Made by a program: the position numbers and the translations under genes. Shown here piece by piece: positions 46,712-56,800 of a DNA stretch of 64,000 nt (positions are counted from its first letter, which is position 1; each line of letters begins with the position of its first letter). The notes below the pieces were generated by a model that was not told the origin of the DNA, did not search any database, and worked only from the letters and a program-made list of their open reading frames with translations. Origin of the DNA: Spirochaetota bacterium (lineage in GTDB: Bacteria; Spirochaetota; GWE2-31-10); NCBI GenBank assembly GCA_045133795.1, contig JBGUUT010000126.1, positions 7,943-71,942 on the forward strand. The letters run 5' to 3'.

Positions 46712-47418
46712 AAATAGTCGGTCCATTTCCCTTTATTAGTTTCGTGTGTAGTTAAATCTTTACGTAATTTATTTATGAAATCATCGCGTTTGATATTTTC
46801 GGCTCCGTAGCGTGCCATGTTTTCTGTATAGGCTTGACAGTCGACGATATCCAGACCTAATGCCGGCATTTTTTCCGTAAGCGTTATAAACGCCGTTTTG
46901 GAAGCGTTGTCGGCACGAGAAAACATTGATTCTCCGAAGAAGTAATTTCCCAGTGACACACCGTACAAGCCTCCGACTAATTTTTCTTCCAGCCAGCACT
47001 CTACCGAGTGAGCATATCCCATTTCAAAGAGTTTACAATATCCGTCTATAACAGCCGGTGTAATCCATGTGCCGTATTGTCCTTCTCGTTTTATTATTCT
47101 GCAGCTTTTTATCACTCCTTTAAAACATGTATCAGCCGTAATTCTATACGGACTGCGTTTCATCCATTTTCGCATACTTTTCCCGATGTGCAACTTTTCC
47201 AACGGTAAAACAAATCTTTCTACCGGTGATTGCCACAAAATCGGCATTGATTCGTCATACCAAGGGAAAATTCCGTTTTGGTAAGCAACCAGAAGTCGTT
47301 CCGGCGTAATTTTTCCTCCGATAGCAACAATATCATCAAGTGCTTCTAAAGGTTCCGGAAAGTTGTAATTTCCATTTTCGGTAATAAAATATCGTCCGTT
47401 AAACAAAAAATATGACAT
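46708..47418 (-). CDS. aat: Leucyl/phenylalanyl-tRNA--protein transferase
   Basis: PERLLVAYQNGIFPWY, a C-terminal acyltransferase fold, and the position immediately after clpA. The start is trimmed to an internal ATG abutting the clpA stop. Confidence 0.7.
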   Translation of the reverse strand: MSYFLFNGRYFITENGNYNFPEPLEALDDIVAIGGKITPERLLVAYQNGIFPWYDESMPILWQSPVERFVLPLEKLHIGKSMRKWMKRSPYRITADTCFKGVIKSCRIIKREGQYGTWITPAVIDGYCKLFEMGYAHSVECWLEEKLVGGLYGVSLGNYFFGESMFSRADNASKTAFITLTEKMPALGLDIVDCQAYTENMARYGAENIKRDDFINKLRKDLTTHETNKGKWTDYF

Positions 47419-47419
47419 A

Positions 47420-49705
47420 TTACTCCTGTTGTGTTGACAAAGTCTTGACTTGAATTTCAGAATTATCCGTAACATCGCAAAATATATTTGTGACATTTTG
47501 TTCTTTTCTGAAAAGTACGATATCAATTAATTTATCTTTTATTTCTTGTTCAATAATTCTGGCAATTTCTCTGGCACCGAATTCTTCAGAGAAACCTTTT
47601 TGAGCAATAACATCACGGCAGGCGGAAGTTATTTCCAATTCAATTCCTTTTTTATTTAGGAACTTTTTAAGTTCATCAATTTGTTGTTCTATAATTTTAT
47701 AGATTTGTTCTTTTCCTAAATGATTGAAAGGGACTACGGCATCAAGTCTATTTCTGAATTCCGGCGTAAAAGTATTTTTTACGGCAGTCATCATTGAGGC
47801 TGTTCTGGAATGAGTTTTTGTGCTTCCCAATCCGATAACGGAATTTGCGTCGTGAGCTCCGGCGTTTGAAGTCATAATAAAAATAACATTTCTGAAATCT
47901 GCTTTTCGTCCTTGATTGTCAGTTAAAGTGGCGTAATCCATTATTTGTAATAATGTACTGAAAATGTCAGCATGTGCTTTTTCTATTTCATCAAGTAAAA
48001 CGACGGATTCCGGATGTCTGCGAACGGCTTCAGTCAATAATCCTCCGTTTTCATAACCGACATATCCGGCGGAAGCTCCCAGTAATTTTGAAACAGTATA
48101 TTTTTCTTGATATTCACTCATATCAAATCGAAGCAACGGAATTTCCAAATATTTTGCAAGTTGTTTTGTCAATTCAGTTTTTCCGACACCGGTCGGTCCT
48201 ACAAACAAAAGCGAAGCGATAGGTTTTTCTTCATTGTGAAAACCGGCTTTTGCACGTTTTACGGCTGTGGCCAATATATCAGCGGCTTCATCTTGTCCGA
48301 AAATAGAACTTTTCAAATGAGATGCAAGGTGTATTAATTTGTCATTTTGACTCAGTACGACATTATCAAGTGAAATCCCTGTAATTTTAGAAACGATTTT
48401 TTCTATAGCTTCAGTATCTATTTTATTGTTTTTAGATTGTTTGCTATTTTTTATATTTCCTTTTTTATAAAAAGAACCGCATTTCAATTGACATAGAGCT
48501 CCGGCTTCATCAATTATATCGATAGCTTTGTCCGGCAATCTTCGTTCGTTCATATATTTTACAGATAAATCAACGGCTTTTTTTAGTGCAGAATCGGTAT
48601 AACGGACGTTGTGATATTTTTCAAAGTTGGCTTTTACTTGTTTTAAAATATTAAGACATTCTGCCGGAGTCGGCTCGGAAATATCAACTTTTTGGAAGCG
48701 ACGAAGAAAACCTTTATCTCGTTCTATATAATTTTTGAAATCTTCGTAGGTTGTTGTTCCGATACAACGAATTTGTCCATTTGTAAGTACCGGTTTTAAC
48801 ATTTCAGAAGCACTTAACGCACCGTCTCGTCCGCCGCCTAATTCCATTATTGAGTGAATTTCGTCGATAAACAAAATACATTTGCCTTTTTTATCAAGAA
48901 AATCGATAACAAGTTTTATGCGTTCTTCAAATTCTCCGCGAAATTTTGTGCCGGCTATTAAGCCACCTATGTTCAAGGAGTATAAACGGAAATCTTTTAA
49001 ACAATCCGGAACTTCTCCGGAAAACAGGCGTGCGGCAACTGCATTTCCCAGAGCTGTTTTTCCGACACCGGCATCACCGATAAGTAGCAGGTTGTTTTTT
49101 ATTCTGCGACATAAAATATGAAATATTCGTTCTAATTCTTTTTCTCGTCCGATTACGGGGTCTTCCGACGGTTTTAATTCTTGACAGAGTTCTTCAAGCA
49201 TAATGGTTTCATCGGGAAACATTCCGTCATCGTCAAAACGCATATCAGCATCTAAATCTTCATCGGATTTAACGTACATCTGATTATGAGCAACTTGTTG
49301 AATAAAAGAAAATTCATCAAGTCCGGATTTTTTAAGAAAATACAATGCAAAAGATGAATTGTCTTGTAGATAAAAAAATGAAACCAGAAGATGGTCTAAT
49401 TGAATTTCTTCTTTATCCGCACATTGACAGCTTGTTTCTGCAAGTGTCAAAAGATTTAACGAAAGCATACTGAAAGGCGGATTATCTATTTCCCTTATTT
49501 TCTCCATCTTTGTACAGAAAAAGTTTTCTAAATCTTTTCTTAATGAAGTTAAATCCGCACCGGCAGCCGAAAGCCATCTTTGAGCTTTCGGGTCTGATAA
49601 GATTGCTGAAAGAATGTGTTCCGGAGTTATGTATTCATGCTTATTTTGTATAGTTATATCTTTGGCATAATCTAAAATATTTTGGACTTTTTCACTGAAT
49701 ATCAT
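47420..49705 (-). CDS. clpA: ATP-dependent Clp protease ATP-binding subunit ClpA
   Basis: Two AAA+ modules (GDAGVGKT and GPTGVGKT), the N-domain, and the conserved clpS-clpA order. Confidence 0.9.
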   Translation of the reverse strand: MIFSEKVQNILDYAKDITIQNKHEYITPEHILSAILSDPKAQRWLSAAGADLTSLRKDLENFFCTKMEKIREIDNPPFSMLSLNLLTLAETSCQCADKEEIQLDHLLVSFFYLQDNSSFALYFLKKSGLDEFSFIQQVAHNQMYVKSDEDLDADMRFDDDGMFPDETIMLEELCQELKPSEDPVIGREKELERIFHILCRRIKNNLLLIGDAGVGKTALGNAVAARLFSGEVPDCLKDFRLYSLNIGGLIAGTKFRGEFEERIKLVIDFLDKKGKCILFIDEIHSIMELGGGRDGALSASEMLKPVLTNGQIRCIGTTTYEDFKNYIERDKGFLRRFQKVDISEPTPAECLNILKQVKANFEKYHNVRYTDSALKKAVDLSVKYMNERRLPDKAIDIIDEAGALCQLKCGSFYKKGNIKNSKQSKNNKIDTEAIEKIVSKITGISLDNVVLSQNDKLIHLASHLKSSIFGQDEAADILATAVKRAKAGFHNEEKPIASLLFVGPTGVGKTELTKQLAKYLEIPLLRFDMSEYQEKYTVSKLLGASAGYVGYENGGLLTEAVRRHPESVVLLDEIEKAHADIFSTLLQIMDYATLTDNQGRKADFRNVIFIMTSNAGAHDANSVIGLGSTKTHSRTASMMTAVKNTFTPEFRNRLDAVVPFNHLGKEQIYKIIEQQIDELKKFLNKKGIELEITSACRDVIAQKGFSEEFGAREIARIIEQEIKDKLIDIVLFRKEQNVTNIFCDVTDNSEIQVKTLSTQQE

Positions 49706-49717
49706 ATTTTATTCTGC

Positions 49718-50023
49718 TTACTCCTCTTCAATTGTACATAATAACGGGAAATGTTGTTCTCGTGCCGCAGTTGTGACTAGTGCTACTTTAGTTTCTGCAA
49801 TGTCAAGCGTGTAAGTTCCAACATTTGCTTGTCCTTTATTGTGAACTGCAGCCATTAAAAAGACTGCTTCATCATGAGATTTATGGAATATCTCAACCAA
49901 CACGGAAACAACAAAGTCCATCGTAGTGTAATCATCATTATGCATGATTACATGGTACATAGACGGTTCTTTAAATTTTGTTTGTTCAATGGTAATATTA
50001 GAACTTTCTCTTTTATATGCCAT
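49718..50023 (-). CDS. clpS: ATP-dependent Clp protease adaptor ClpS
   Basis: MYHVIMHNDDYTTMDFVVSVL and the length. Confidence 0.85.
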   Translation of the reverse strand: MAYKRESSNITIEQTKFKEPSMYHVIMHNDDYTTMDFVVSVLVEIFHKSHDEAVFLMAAVHNKGQANVGTYTLDIAETKVALVTTAAREQHFPLLCTIEEE

Positions 50024-50576
50024 ATACGACTGCCTTTCTCAAAGTTTCAGCGTTATCTTTTCCGCAAAAAACAGAAACCATTGATAACCCTAAATCTAAA
50101 GCTGTTCCTACGCCGCGACTTGTGATAATCTTACCGTCGATAACAACAGAATCTTCTGAGTATATACCGGTTTTAATTTTAGAGGCGGTAGACGGGTAGC
50201 AAGTGAATTTTTTATTTTCTAAAACACCGGCATCGGCTAAAACTAACGGAGCGGCACAAATAGCACAGACATATTTATCGTTTTTAGCAAAATCTTGTAC
50301 TGCATTAACAACATTTTTATTTGCTTGTAAATTTGTGACGCCCGGCATTCCGCCCGGAAGAAAAATACAATCTGCATTTTTTAAATCTGTGTCATTCCAC
50401 AATTTATCTGCAATAATTTTAAAATCATGTGCTCCGGTAACAGTCAGTTGCTCTGTCGATGAAACAATGCAAACATCAAGTTTTGCACGTCGAAGTAAAT
50501 CCGTAACGGCAATAAATTCTGTTTCTTCAAATCCTTCCGCTAATATTGCAATTATTTTCATATTATAAAACCTCAC
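50013..50576 (-). CDS. DJ-1/PfpI family protein
   Basis: EGFEETE motif and a nucleophile-elbow Cys (CAICAAP). Confidence 0.75.
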   Translation of the reverse strand: MRFYNMKIIAILAEGFEETEFIAVTDLLRRAKLDVCIVSSTEQLTVTGAHDFKIIADKLWNDTDLKNADCIFLPGGMPGVTNLQANKNVVNAVQDFAKNDKYVCAICAAPLVLADAGVLENKKFTCYPSTASKIKTGIYSEDSVVIDGKIITSRGVGTALDLGLSMVSVFCGKDNAETLRKAVVYGI

Positions 50577-50605
50577 TTTGACTTTGTAATTTTCTTATCA
50601 GCATA

Positions 50606-51631
50606 TCAAAAAATAACGACATCAAAATAACTTTTGTATTCTTCCAGTGTTTTCTTTTCAACTTCTTTTTTTGCATTTTTAATATTTTTCTTTTTTACTT
50701 CATCCATTGCGATAGCATAAGCATCTTCGCCGGTAATTTCTTTTTCAGGAATTCTTTCGATTAAATAGAAAATAAAAACGCCGTCTTGTGTAGCAAAAAG
50801 TTTTGGTACAAGCCCGTAATCGGCTTGAGAAAGAGTAGTCAAAATGTCTTGAGAAAAACGTTTTTTTGTATATTCATCTTCACGTTCTACTTTTCCGTAG
50901 TATCCTATAGGCGATTGTCTCAAGGAATACAGGTCTTCGGAATAATTTTTTGCCATCGCACTGAAATCTGCACCGCCTTTTAAACGGCCTAAACATTCCT
51001 CTGCGGTTTTGCATTTTTCGGCAATTTCATTTTTGGTAAGTTGTCTTCCTTCCTTAGAAAAAAAGGAGAAATAAATTAACATCAAATCGTATGTTTCTGA
51101 TTTTTTGAATAATCTGGGATTGTCTTTTATAAAGTTGTCAATTTCCTCTTGGCTGATTGTGTTGTTTTTCAGTTCGACTTCGGAATATAATGCGTTCATA
51201 TAATTTTCAACCATAATTCTTTTTATTGTGTAATCACGGTATTCTCTCATCGAACGATTTTGAAATCCTATGGAATTAAGAAATTCTTGGTCGGAAATTG
51301 ATTCGGTATCACGACGAAAATGAAGTGCGTAATATTGTTTTTCTTCCTTTATTGCATCCAGTATGACTTTTTCGTCCGGAACCGGCAGTCTGATTTTTGC
51401 GGCTTGATATAAGATTTCAAAATTAATGAGATTTTCTAAGGCTTGTTCGTATGAAACTTTAGATTGTCGCATAGCTTCTTCGACTTCGCTTTTTAGGAAA
51501 ACTTTATTTCCGACTTTAGCTGCACGATTTTTTTTGAAATCAAGCTTTGCGGCAAATACAAGGCTGCTTTCGGCAAATAAAAGAACAGTGATAAAAAATA
51601 TAAAAAAATTATTACGGTTAATTATTTTCAT
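50606..51631 (-). CDS. SurA/PrsA-like peptidyl-prolyl isomerase (parvulin) with a signal peptide
   Basis: A SurA-like N-terminal chaperone region and a parvulin-like GGADFSAMAKNYSED...GYYG segment. Confidence 0.55.
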   Translation of the reverse strand: MKIINRNNFFIFFITVLLFAESSLVFAAKLDFKKNRAAKVGNKVFLKSEVEEAMRQSKVSYEQALENLINFEILYQAAKIRLPVPDEKVILDAIKEEKQYYALHFRRDTESISDQEFLNSIGFQNRSMREYRDYTIKRIMVENYMNALYSEVELKNNTISQEEIDNFIKDNPRLFKKSETYDLMLIYFSFFSKEGRQLTKNEIAEKCKTAEECLGRLKGGADFSAMAKNYSEDLYSLRQSPIGYYGKVEREDEYTKKRFSQDILTTLSQADYGLVPKLFATQDGVFIFYLIERIPEKEITGEDAYAIAMDEVKKKNIKNAKKEVEKKTLEEYKSYFDVVIF

Positions 51632-51730
51632 AACTCAATATCCTTATGTGATTTAAAGAGTTTTGTAACACAAGAGATGACAAATCTCAATTAGTTTCAT
51701 TATAGAAAAGTAAGAAAATAAAAGTCGTAA

Positions 51731-51759
51731 TTGACAAGGATATTATCTATCGATATAAT
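51731..51759 (+). promoter_or_regulatory. Consensus sigma70 promoter TTGACA-N17-TATAAT
   Basis: Perfect hexamers about 65 bp upstream of the PPIase start. Confidence 0.4.
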
Positions 51760-51822
51760 CGCACGAAAATTTCAGACAAAGAAATATGATTATTTGTTAT
51801 CATCAAAAACGATGGAGGGAAT

Positions 51823-52884
51823 ATGAAAAAAAATGCCAAAATAATCTTGTTTTTTTTGGCAATACTTAGTATTGCATCATGTAAAAAAGCACCAAACATA
51901 AAGGAGAATGGAATGTTTGCAGTATTTAATACAAATATGGGAAGTTTTACTTGCCAATTATTTTATGACAAAGTTCCTGTAACCGTAGGAAATTTTGTAA
52001 GCCTTGTAGAAGGTAAAATGGAATTTACCGATCCTAAAACCGGCGATAAAGTAAAGAAAAGATATTATGACGGTTTAATTTTTCATAGAATTATTGACGG
52101 TTTCATGATTCAGGGCGGTGATATTTTGGGAACAGGTTACGGTGGCCCGGGATATTCTTTTATCGATGAGTTTGATTCTTCATTGAAACATTCAAGCGAA
52201 GGTATTCTTTCTATGGCTAATGCCGGTCCGGATACAAACGGAAGCCAATTTTTTATAACTTTGGTTCCTACGCCACATTTAGACGGTCGTCATGCTGTAT
52301 TCGGAAAAGTTGTTGACGGAATGGAAGTTGTTCGTGAAATCGGAAAAGTTAAAGTTGACCAAAACGACCGTCCGTTTAAAGAAGTTTTTATCAAAAACAT
52401 TGAAATAGTAAGAAACAGTGATGAAGCTAAAGCTTTTGACGAACTTGCAGCGTTCGGTAAACAAAATGAAATCTTGAAAAAAAGAGAAATCGAAAACGAA
52501 GCTAAAAAAGTTGAATTGTTGAAAACTTTGGGTTGTGACGGTCTTGAAATGAAGAAAACTTCATCAGGAATGGAGTATTGTGTTCTTAAAGACGGTTCTG
52601 GAAAACAACCTACAAAAGGTAAAATCATTACAGCTCATTATGCCGGATATTTCTTAGACGGAAGTAAATTTGACAGTTCTTATGACAGAGGTGAACCGTT
52701 TAACGTTAATATCGGAGTAGGAAGAGTTATTCCGGGATGGGATGAAGCACTTCTTGATATGAAAGAAGGTGAAAAAAGAGTAATTATTCTTCCTTATTAT
52801 TTAGCTTACGGAGAGCGTGGTTACGGTCCGATTCCGCCGAAAGCTACATTAGTATTTGAAGTAGAGCTTTTAAAAGCAGAATAA
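51823..52884 (+). CDS. Bifunctional peptidyl-prolyl isomerase lipoprotein (N-terminal cyclophilin plus C-terminal FKBP)
   Basis: Lipobox LSIASC, the cyclophilin segment FHRIIDGFMIQGGD...GPDTNGSQFFIT, and the FKBP segment GKIITAHYAGYFLDGSKFDSS...IPGWDEAL. Confidence 0.8.
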   Translation: MKKNAKIILFFLAILSIASCKKAPNIKENGMFAVFNTNMGSFTCQLFYDKVPVTVGNFVSLVEGKMEFTDPKTGDKVKKRYYDGLIFHRIIDGFMIQGGDILGTGYGGPGYSFIDEFDSSLKHSSEGILSMANAGPDTNGSQFFITLVPTPHLDGRHAVFGKVVDGMEVVREIGKVKVDQNDRPFKEVFIKNIEIVRNSDEAKAFDELAAFGKQNEILKKREIENEAKKVELLKTLGCDGLEMKKTSSGMEYCVLKDGSGKQPTKGKIITAHYAGYFLDGSKFDSSYDRGEPFNVNIGVGRVIPGWDEALLDMKEGEKRVIILPYYLAYGERGYGPIPPKATLVFEVELLKAE

Positions 52885-52895
52885 TTTTGTTAAAG

Positions 52896-52939
52896 TAAAA
52901 AAAATGTTGTTCTTAATGTTTTAAGAGCAACATTTTTTT
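52896..52939 (+). terminator. Rho-independent terminator
   Basis: 15-bp stem AAATGTTGTTCTTAA/TTAAGAGCAACATTT followed by a T-run. Confidence 0.7.
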
Positions 52940-52966
52940 ATAATGCTGGGTATATAAAACAGAGTA

Positions 52967-53725
52967 ATGAGGGGTTCAGAAATGCTTTTTGTTAATTTTT
53001 TCTTAAATATTATAACTTATTTGGCTTTGGTTATCATGACAGTATGTTCTGTTCCGCTTTTTTTCTGGTTGTTGTTTATTAAAAAAACATCACGATTTCC
53101 TATTGCATCAAAATTAATTTTTGGACCGTGGTCGTTTATTATAAACAGAGTCTTGTGTCATATTAATCTCAAAATCAGGGGACAGGAGTTTGTTGATAAG
53201 AAACGTAAAACAATTTATATCTGTAATCATCAATCATGGCTCGACATTACAACGTTTATAAACAGTACCGGAGCTGTTCCGATTTCAAAAGAGGAAGTAA
53301 AAAAGATTCCGTTTTTAGGAATGATGATTGTTTATAACGGACCGATTTATTTACAGCGAAATAATACCAAAGACAGACTCGGAATAATAAAAGAAGTTCG
53401 AGAACTTTTCAGTGATGAAAAAAGAGCACAATCGCTTTGTTTTTTTCCGGAAGGAACACGAAGTATCAACGGAGAATTACAAGCTCCTAATTTGGCATTG
53501 ATAAAACTTGCTTATAAAATGAATGTTCCTGTAGTTCCGGCTGCAATTAACGGAACAATAAACGTACTTCCTAAAGGTAAGATTTTTATCAGAGGATTCA
53601 AAAAAGTTACTTTAGAATATACGCAACCGATTTTACCTGGCGATTATCCGGACAGCAATTCGTTCAGTGAAGCTTGTTGGGAAAGAGTAAAGACTACTTA
53701 TGATAAACTTGTTTCGGAAAATTAA
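52967..53725 (+). CDS. plsC: 1-acyl-sn-glycerol-3-phosphate acyltransferase
   Basis: NHQSWLD (the HX4D motif) and FPEGTRS, with an N-terminal TM helix. Confidence 0.75.
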   Translation: MRGSEMLFVNFFLNIITYLALVIMTVCSVPLFFWLLFIKKTSRFPIASKLIFGPWSFIINRVLCHINLKIRGQEFVDKKRKTIYICNHQSWLDITTFINSTGAVPISKEEVKKIPFLGMMIVYNGPIYLQRNNTKDRLGIIKEVRELFSDEKRAQSLCFFPEGTRSINGELQAPNLALIKLAYKMNVPVVPAAINGTINVLPKGKIFIRGFKKVTLEYTQPILPGDYPDSNSFSEACWERVKTTYDKLVSEN

Positions 53726-53890
53726 TTAGTTTTTCTCGTCTGAAGTTTGTAATACGTAATATTTAAAAACATTTAGTAAATTTTCTTGTAAGACCCCTTG
53801 TTCTGTTTATTTTGGCTTGAATGAAATAGAGGAACATTATATAGTTAAAAATATTTGATAAATTTTCTTGCTACTTGGGAGGTGGAGAGA

Positions 53891-56800
53891 ATGAGAAGGG
53901 CTTTTGTTCGAACCGGAAATATTTTTGGGTATGTAAGTTTATTTCTGATGTTTATATTTTTCGGTTGTACACAGGAATGTATGAATGGTGATAAGCCTGA
54001 AAAAAAAGTCGAAAAAAATAAACATTCTACGACTTTACAGGATGTGGTAAATAATGCAGCTGCCGGTGAAGAAATTGATTTAGCGGAATATGAAAGCATT
54101 ACAGACTACAATGCCGTAATAAGTAAGCAACTTGTTATTAAAAACGGAAGCTTGAGTAATGCAAAATTAGTTATAGATTCCGAAAATGTCAAACTTGATA
54201 AAGTAAAAGGTGTTTCCGTAACAACATTGTCAGCTTCTTCTTTAACTATAACTGACAGTAGTATTAATGAGTTACTGTTTATCGGGAAAAACTATTCAGA
54301 CAACAGCACTTCAAGAAGTTCTAAATCATATTCTTTTATGAAAGAAAGCAGCGTGACGATGAACGGAATATCAACCGTTAATTGCGTTACTATGAATTTC
54401 AGTAAAGCGAAATTAAAAATATCGGACGGTTCTTCTGCCGAAACTGTAGCAATTTTAGATGATGCGGCAATTTCCGGAAAAATTGAAGAATTAGTAATTA
54501 AAGAATTAAATACTGCGGTGACTTTAGAAAAAGCAAATATTACAAATGTTGTAATGGACGGTTTTAATTCTCAACTTGCGGTATTGGATACAGAGACTGT
54601 ATTAGAAAATGTATCTATAAATACGGAATGTAAAATCTTGTGTAATGCGGTTATGTCGGATGAAATGGAAAAGGCGTTTACTTCAGACGGTGTATTGACT
54701 GTTGTGGATATGACGGAAAAACCGCAATTGGAACGTTTGTTAATATTAAGTATGCCTACAAATATTTTCAGCGACAACGGTGAAATAGATTTTACCGGAT
54801 TGAAAGTTTGCGGTGTATATGAAAATGTTACGTCAAAAGTTTATACGGGTGTCGGCGAAGAAGAAAACAAAGAAGCTTTTATGAAATTGGAAACCGATTA
54901 TAAAATAGAAGTGATTTCGGAAGAAGACGGTATTATAAAAGTTCGTATAAGCAAAGACGGAAAAGAATGTATTTTTGAAATGCTTGATTCCGAGAAAATT
55001 GCAAAGTATACGGTAAAACATTGTCAGGAAAATGCAGAAAATGAGAATTACGAAATTATTGTAACTGCAGATACAGAAACAAAAACCGGAAAAGTTGGCG
55101 AACTTACAAATGCAGAGGCAAAAACTTATGAAGGTTATACTGTTGAGCCTATAGAGCAAGTTGAAATAACGGCAGACGGAAATGCTACAGTATATATTAA
55201 ATACAAGAGAAACAGAGTTACATTGACGTTGAAATTTGACGACGGAACAACAACTACAGATAAAAAAATAAATGGAAAATATGGAGTAACGGTACCGACA
55301 GTAGAGACTCCGACTAGAAATGGATATAATTTTGCCGGTTGGAATCCGCAGTTACCGGAGACTTTCCCTGCCGAAAGTACGACATATACGGCTAAGTGGG
55401 CAAAAGAGGGAGATTATATTATCACGTACGAGCTTAACGAAGGAACAAATGCCGACAGTAATCCGCCAAGTTATAATGAAGAAACATTGCCTATAACATT
55501 AGCCGATGCAACCAGAGAAGACTATATATTCGGCGGCTGGTACAAAGATAAAGATTGTACAGAAGAAAACAAAGTGACCAAGATCCCTAATGGTTCAACC
55601 GGAAATATTACGCTTTACGCAAAATGGATTGCACGAACTTTAGAGCAGACGTTTGAGGCTGGCTATTCAAATCAAAACAATGCTAATGCAAACGGTGTTT
55701 CATATAATACGGACAAAGGTTATGGTGTTGTAACGGTAAAAGCTCCGGATTCTACCGAATCAGTTTGGGATTATTATGTAAGGTCAAAGGATGTGACTTT
55801 TACGTATAAAAAAAATTATACGGTTTCGGTAGATTTAAAAGCAGACAAAGCGAGCGTTGTTGCGATTGCAGCGGCAAGAGCGGATATGTTTTTTACAGTC
55901 GGAACAGAATGGACAACTTGTACTTTTGAAACCGGCTATTTGGAAACAGACCTTTCGAATAAAGAACAAAATTGTATAACAATCGGTTCCGGATTGGTTG
56001 GAACGCTTTCTATATCAAATCTGGTTATTACAAAAACAGAGGAAAATGACAACTTGCCGACATTAAGTTTCTTTATTGAAAAAGCCGGTATTAATACTTA
56101 TTTGAATTCAGATTTTGCAACGAAAAATATTATCGAAGTTGAGAAAGCAAAAGATGCTGAGACTGAAACTAAAATACTCGGATATAAGCTTACACTTAAT
56201 TCTACCGGTGTGTCTTTACAATTGAGAGATTATGCTCCTGTTTCAGGAAATAAATTAAACAGGGCGATTTTTAATCTTAAAACAGACAATGAGATCTTGA
56301 ATTCTGCCGTGGTGGCTTCGGTGGCTTCTTCAAGCGGTTATGTAAATTGTTGGAATAAGGCGTCCGTTATAGGAACTTCCGGAAAAGATTGCGAGGTATG
56401 TTTCCCTTCATATTCAGAAGAGACTTCCGGCGTGGAAGAGTGTGCGGTAGAGGGGATTATTAGCAAAGATGCGAACAATGGAATCACAGAACAGGTCGGA
56501 AATACGATAACTATTACGAACTTTTCAATTACTAATGTCACTGATTTGGCAAATTCTGGCAAAACTTTTGCAATAAAGAAAACAGAAAACAACTCAGATA
56601 TTTGGAGTAAATCGAGCTCAGTGCCTTTTTACGTAGACGTAACTATTCCTGCTAATAATCACACTGTTTTTGATGTACTTTTAGGAAATAAAGTTGAAGA
56701 GGGTAAATCTTTCAACTGGGATGATGTTACTCGATTCTTGTACCAAAAGACTTCCGGGGAACTTATCGATAATTCGAATGTAGTTAAATATGTGATTGAC

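Noticed and set aside
47419-47526. N-terminal 36 codons of the 272-aa ORF listed for aat
   Set aside because: It would overlap clpA by 107 bp. An internal ATG at 47418 abuts the clpA stop and yields a typical roughly 236-aa L/F-transferase.
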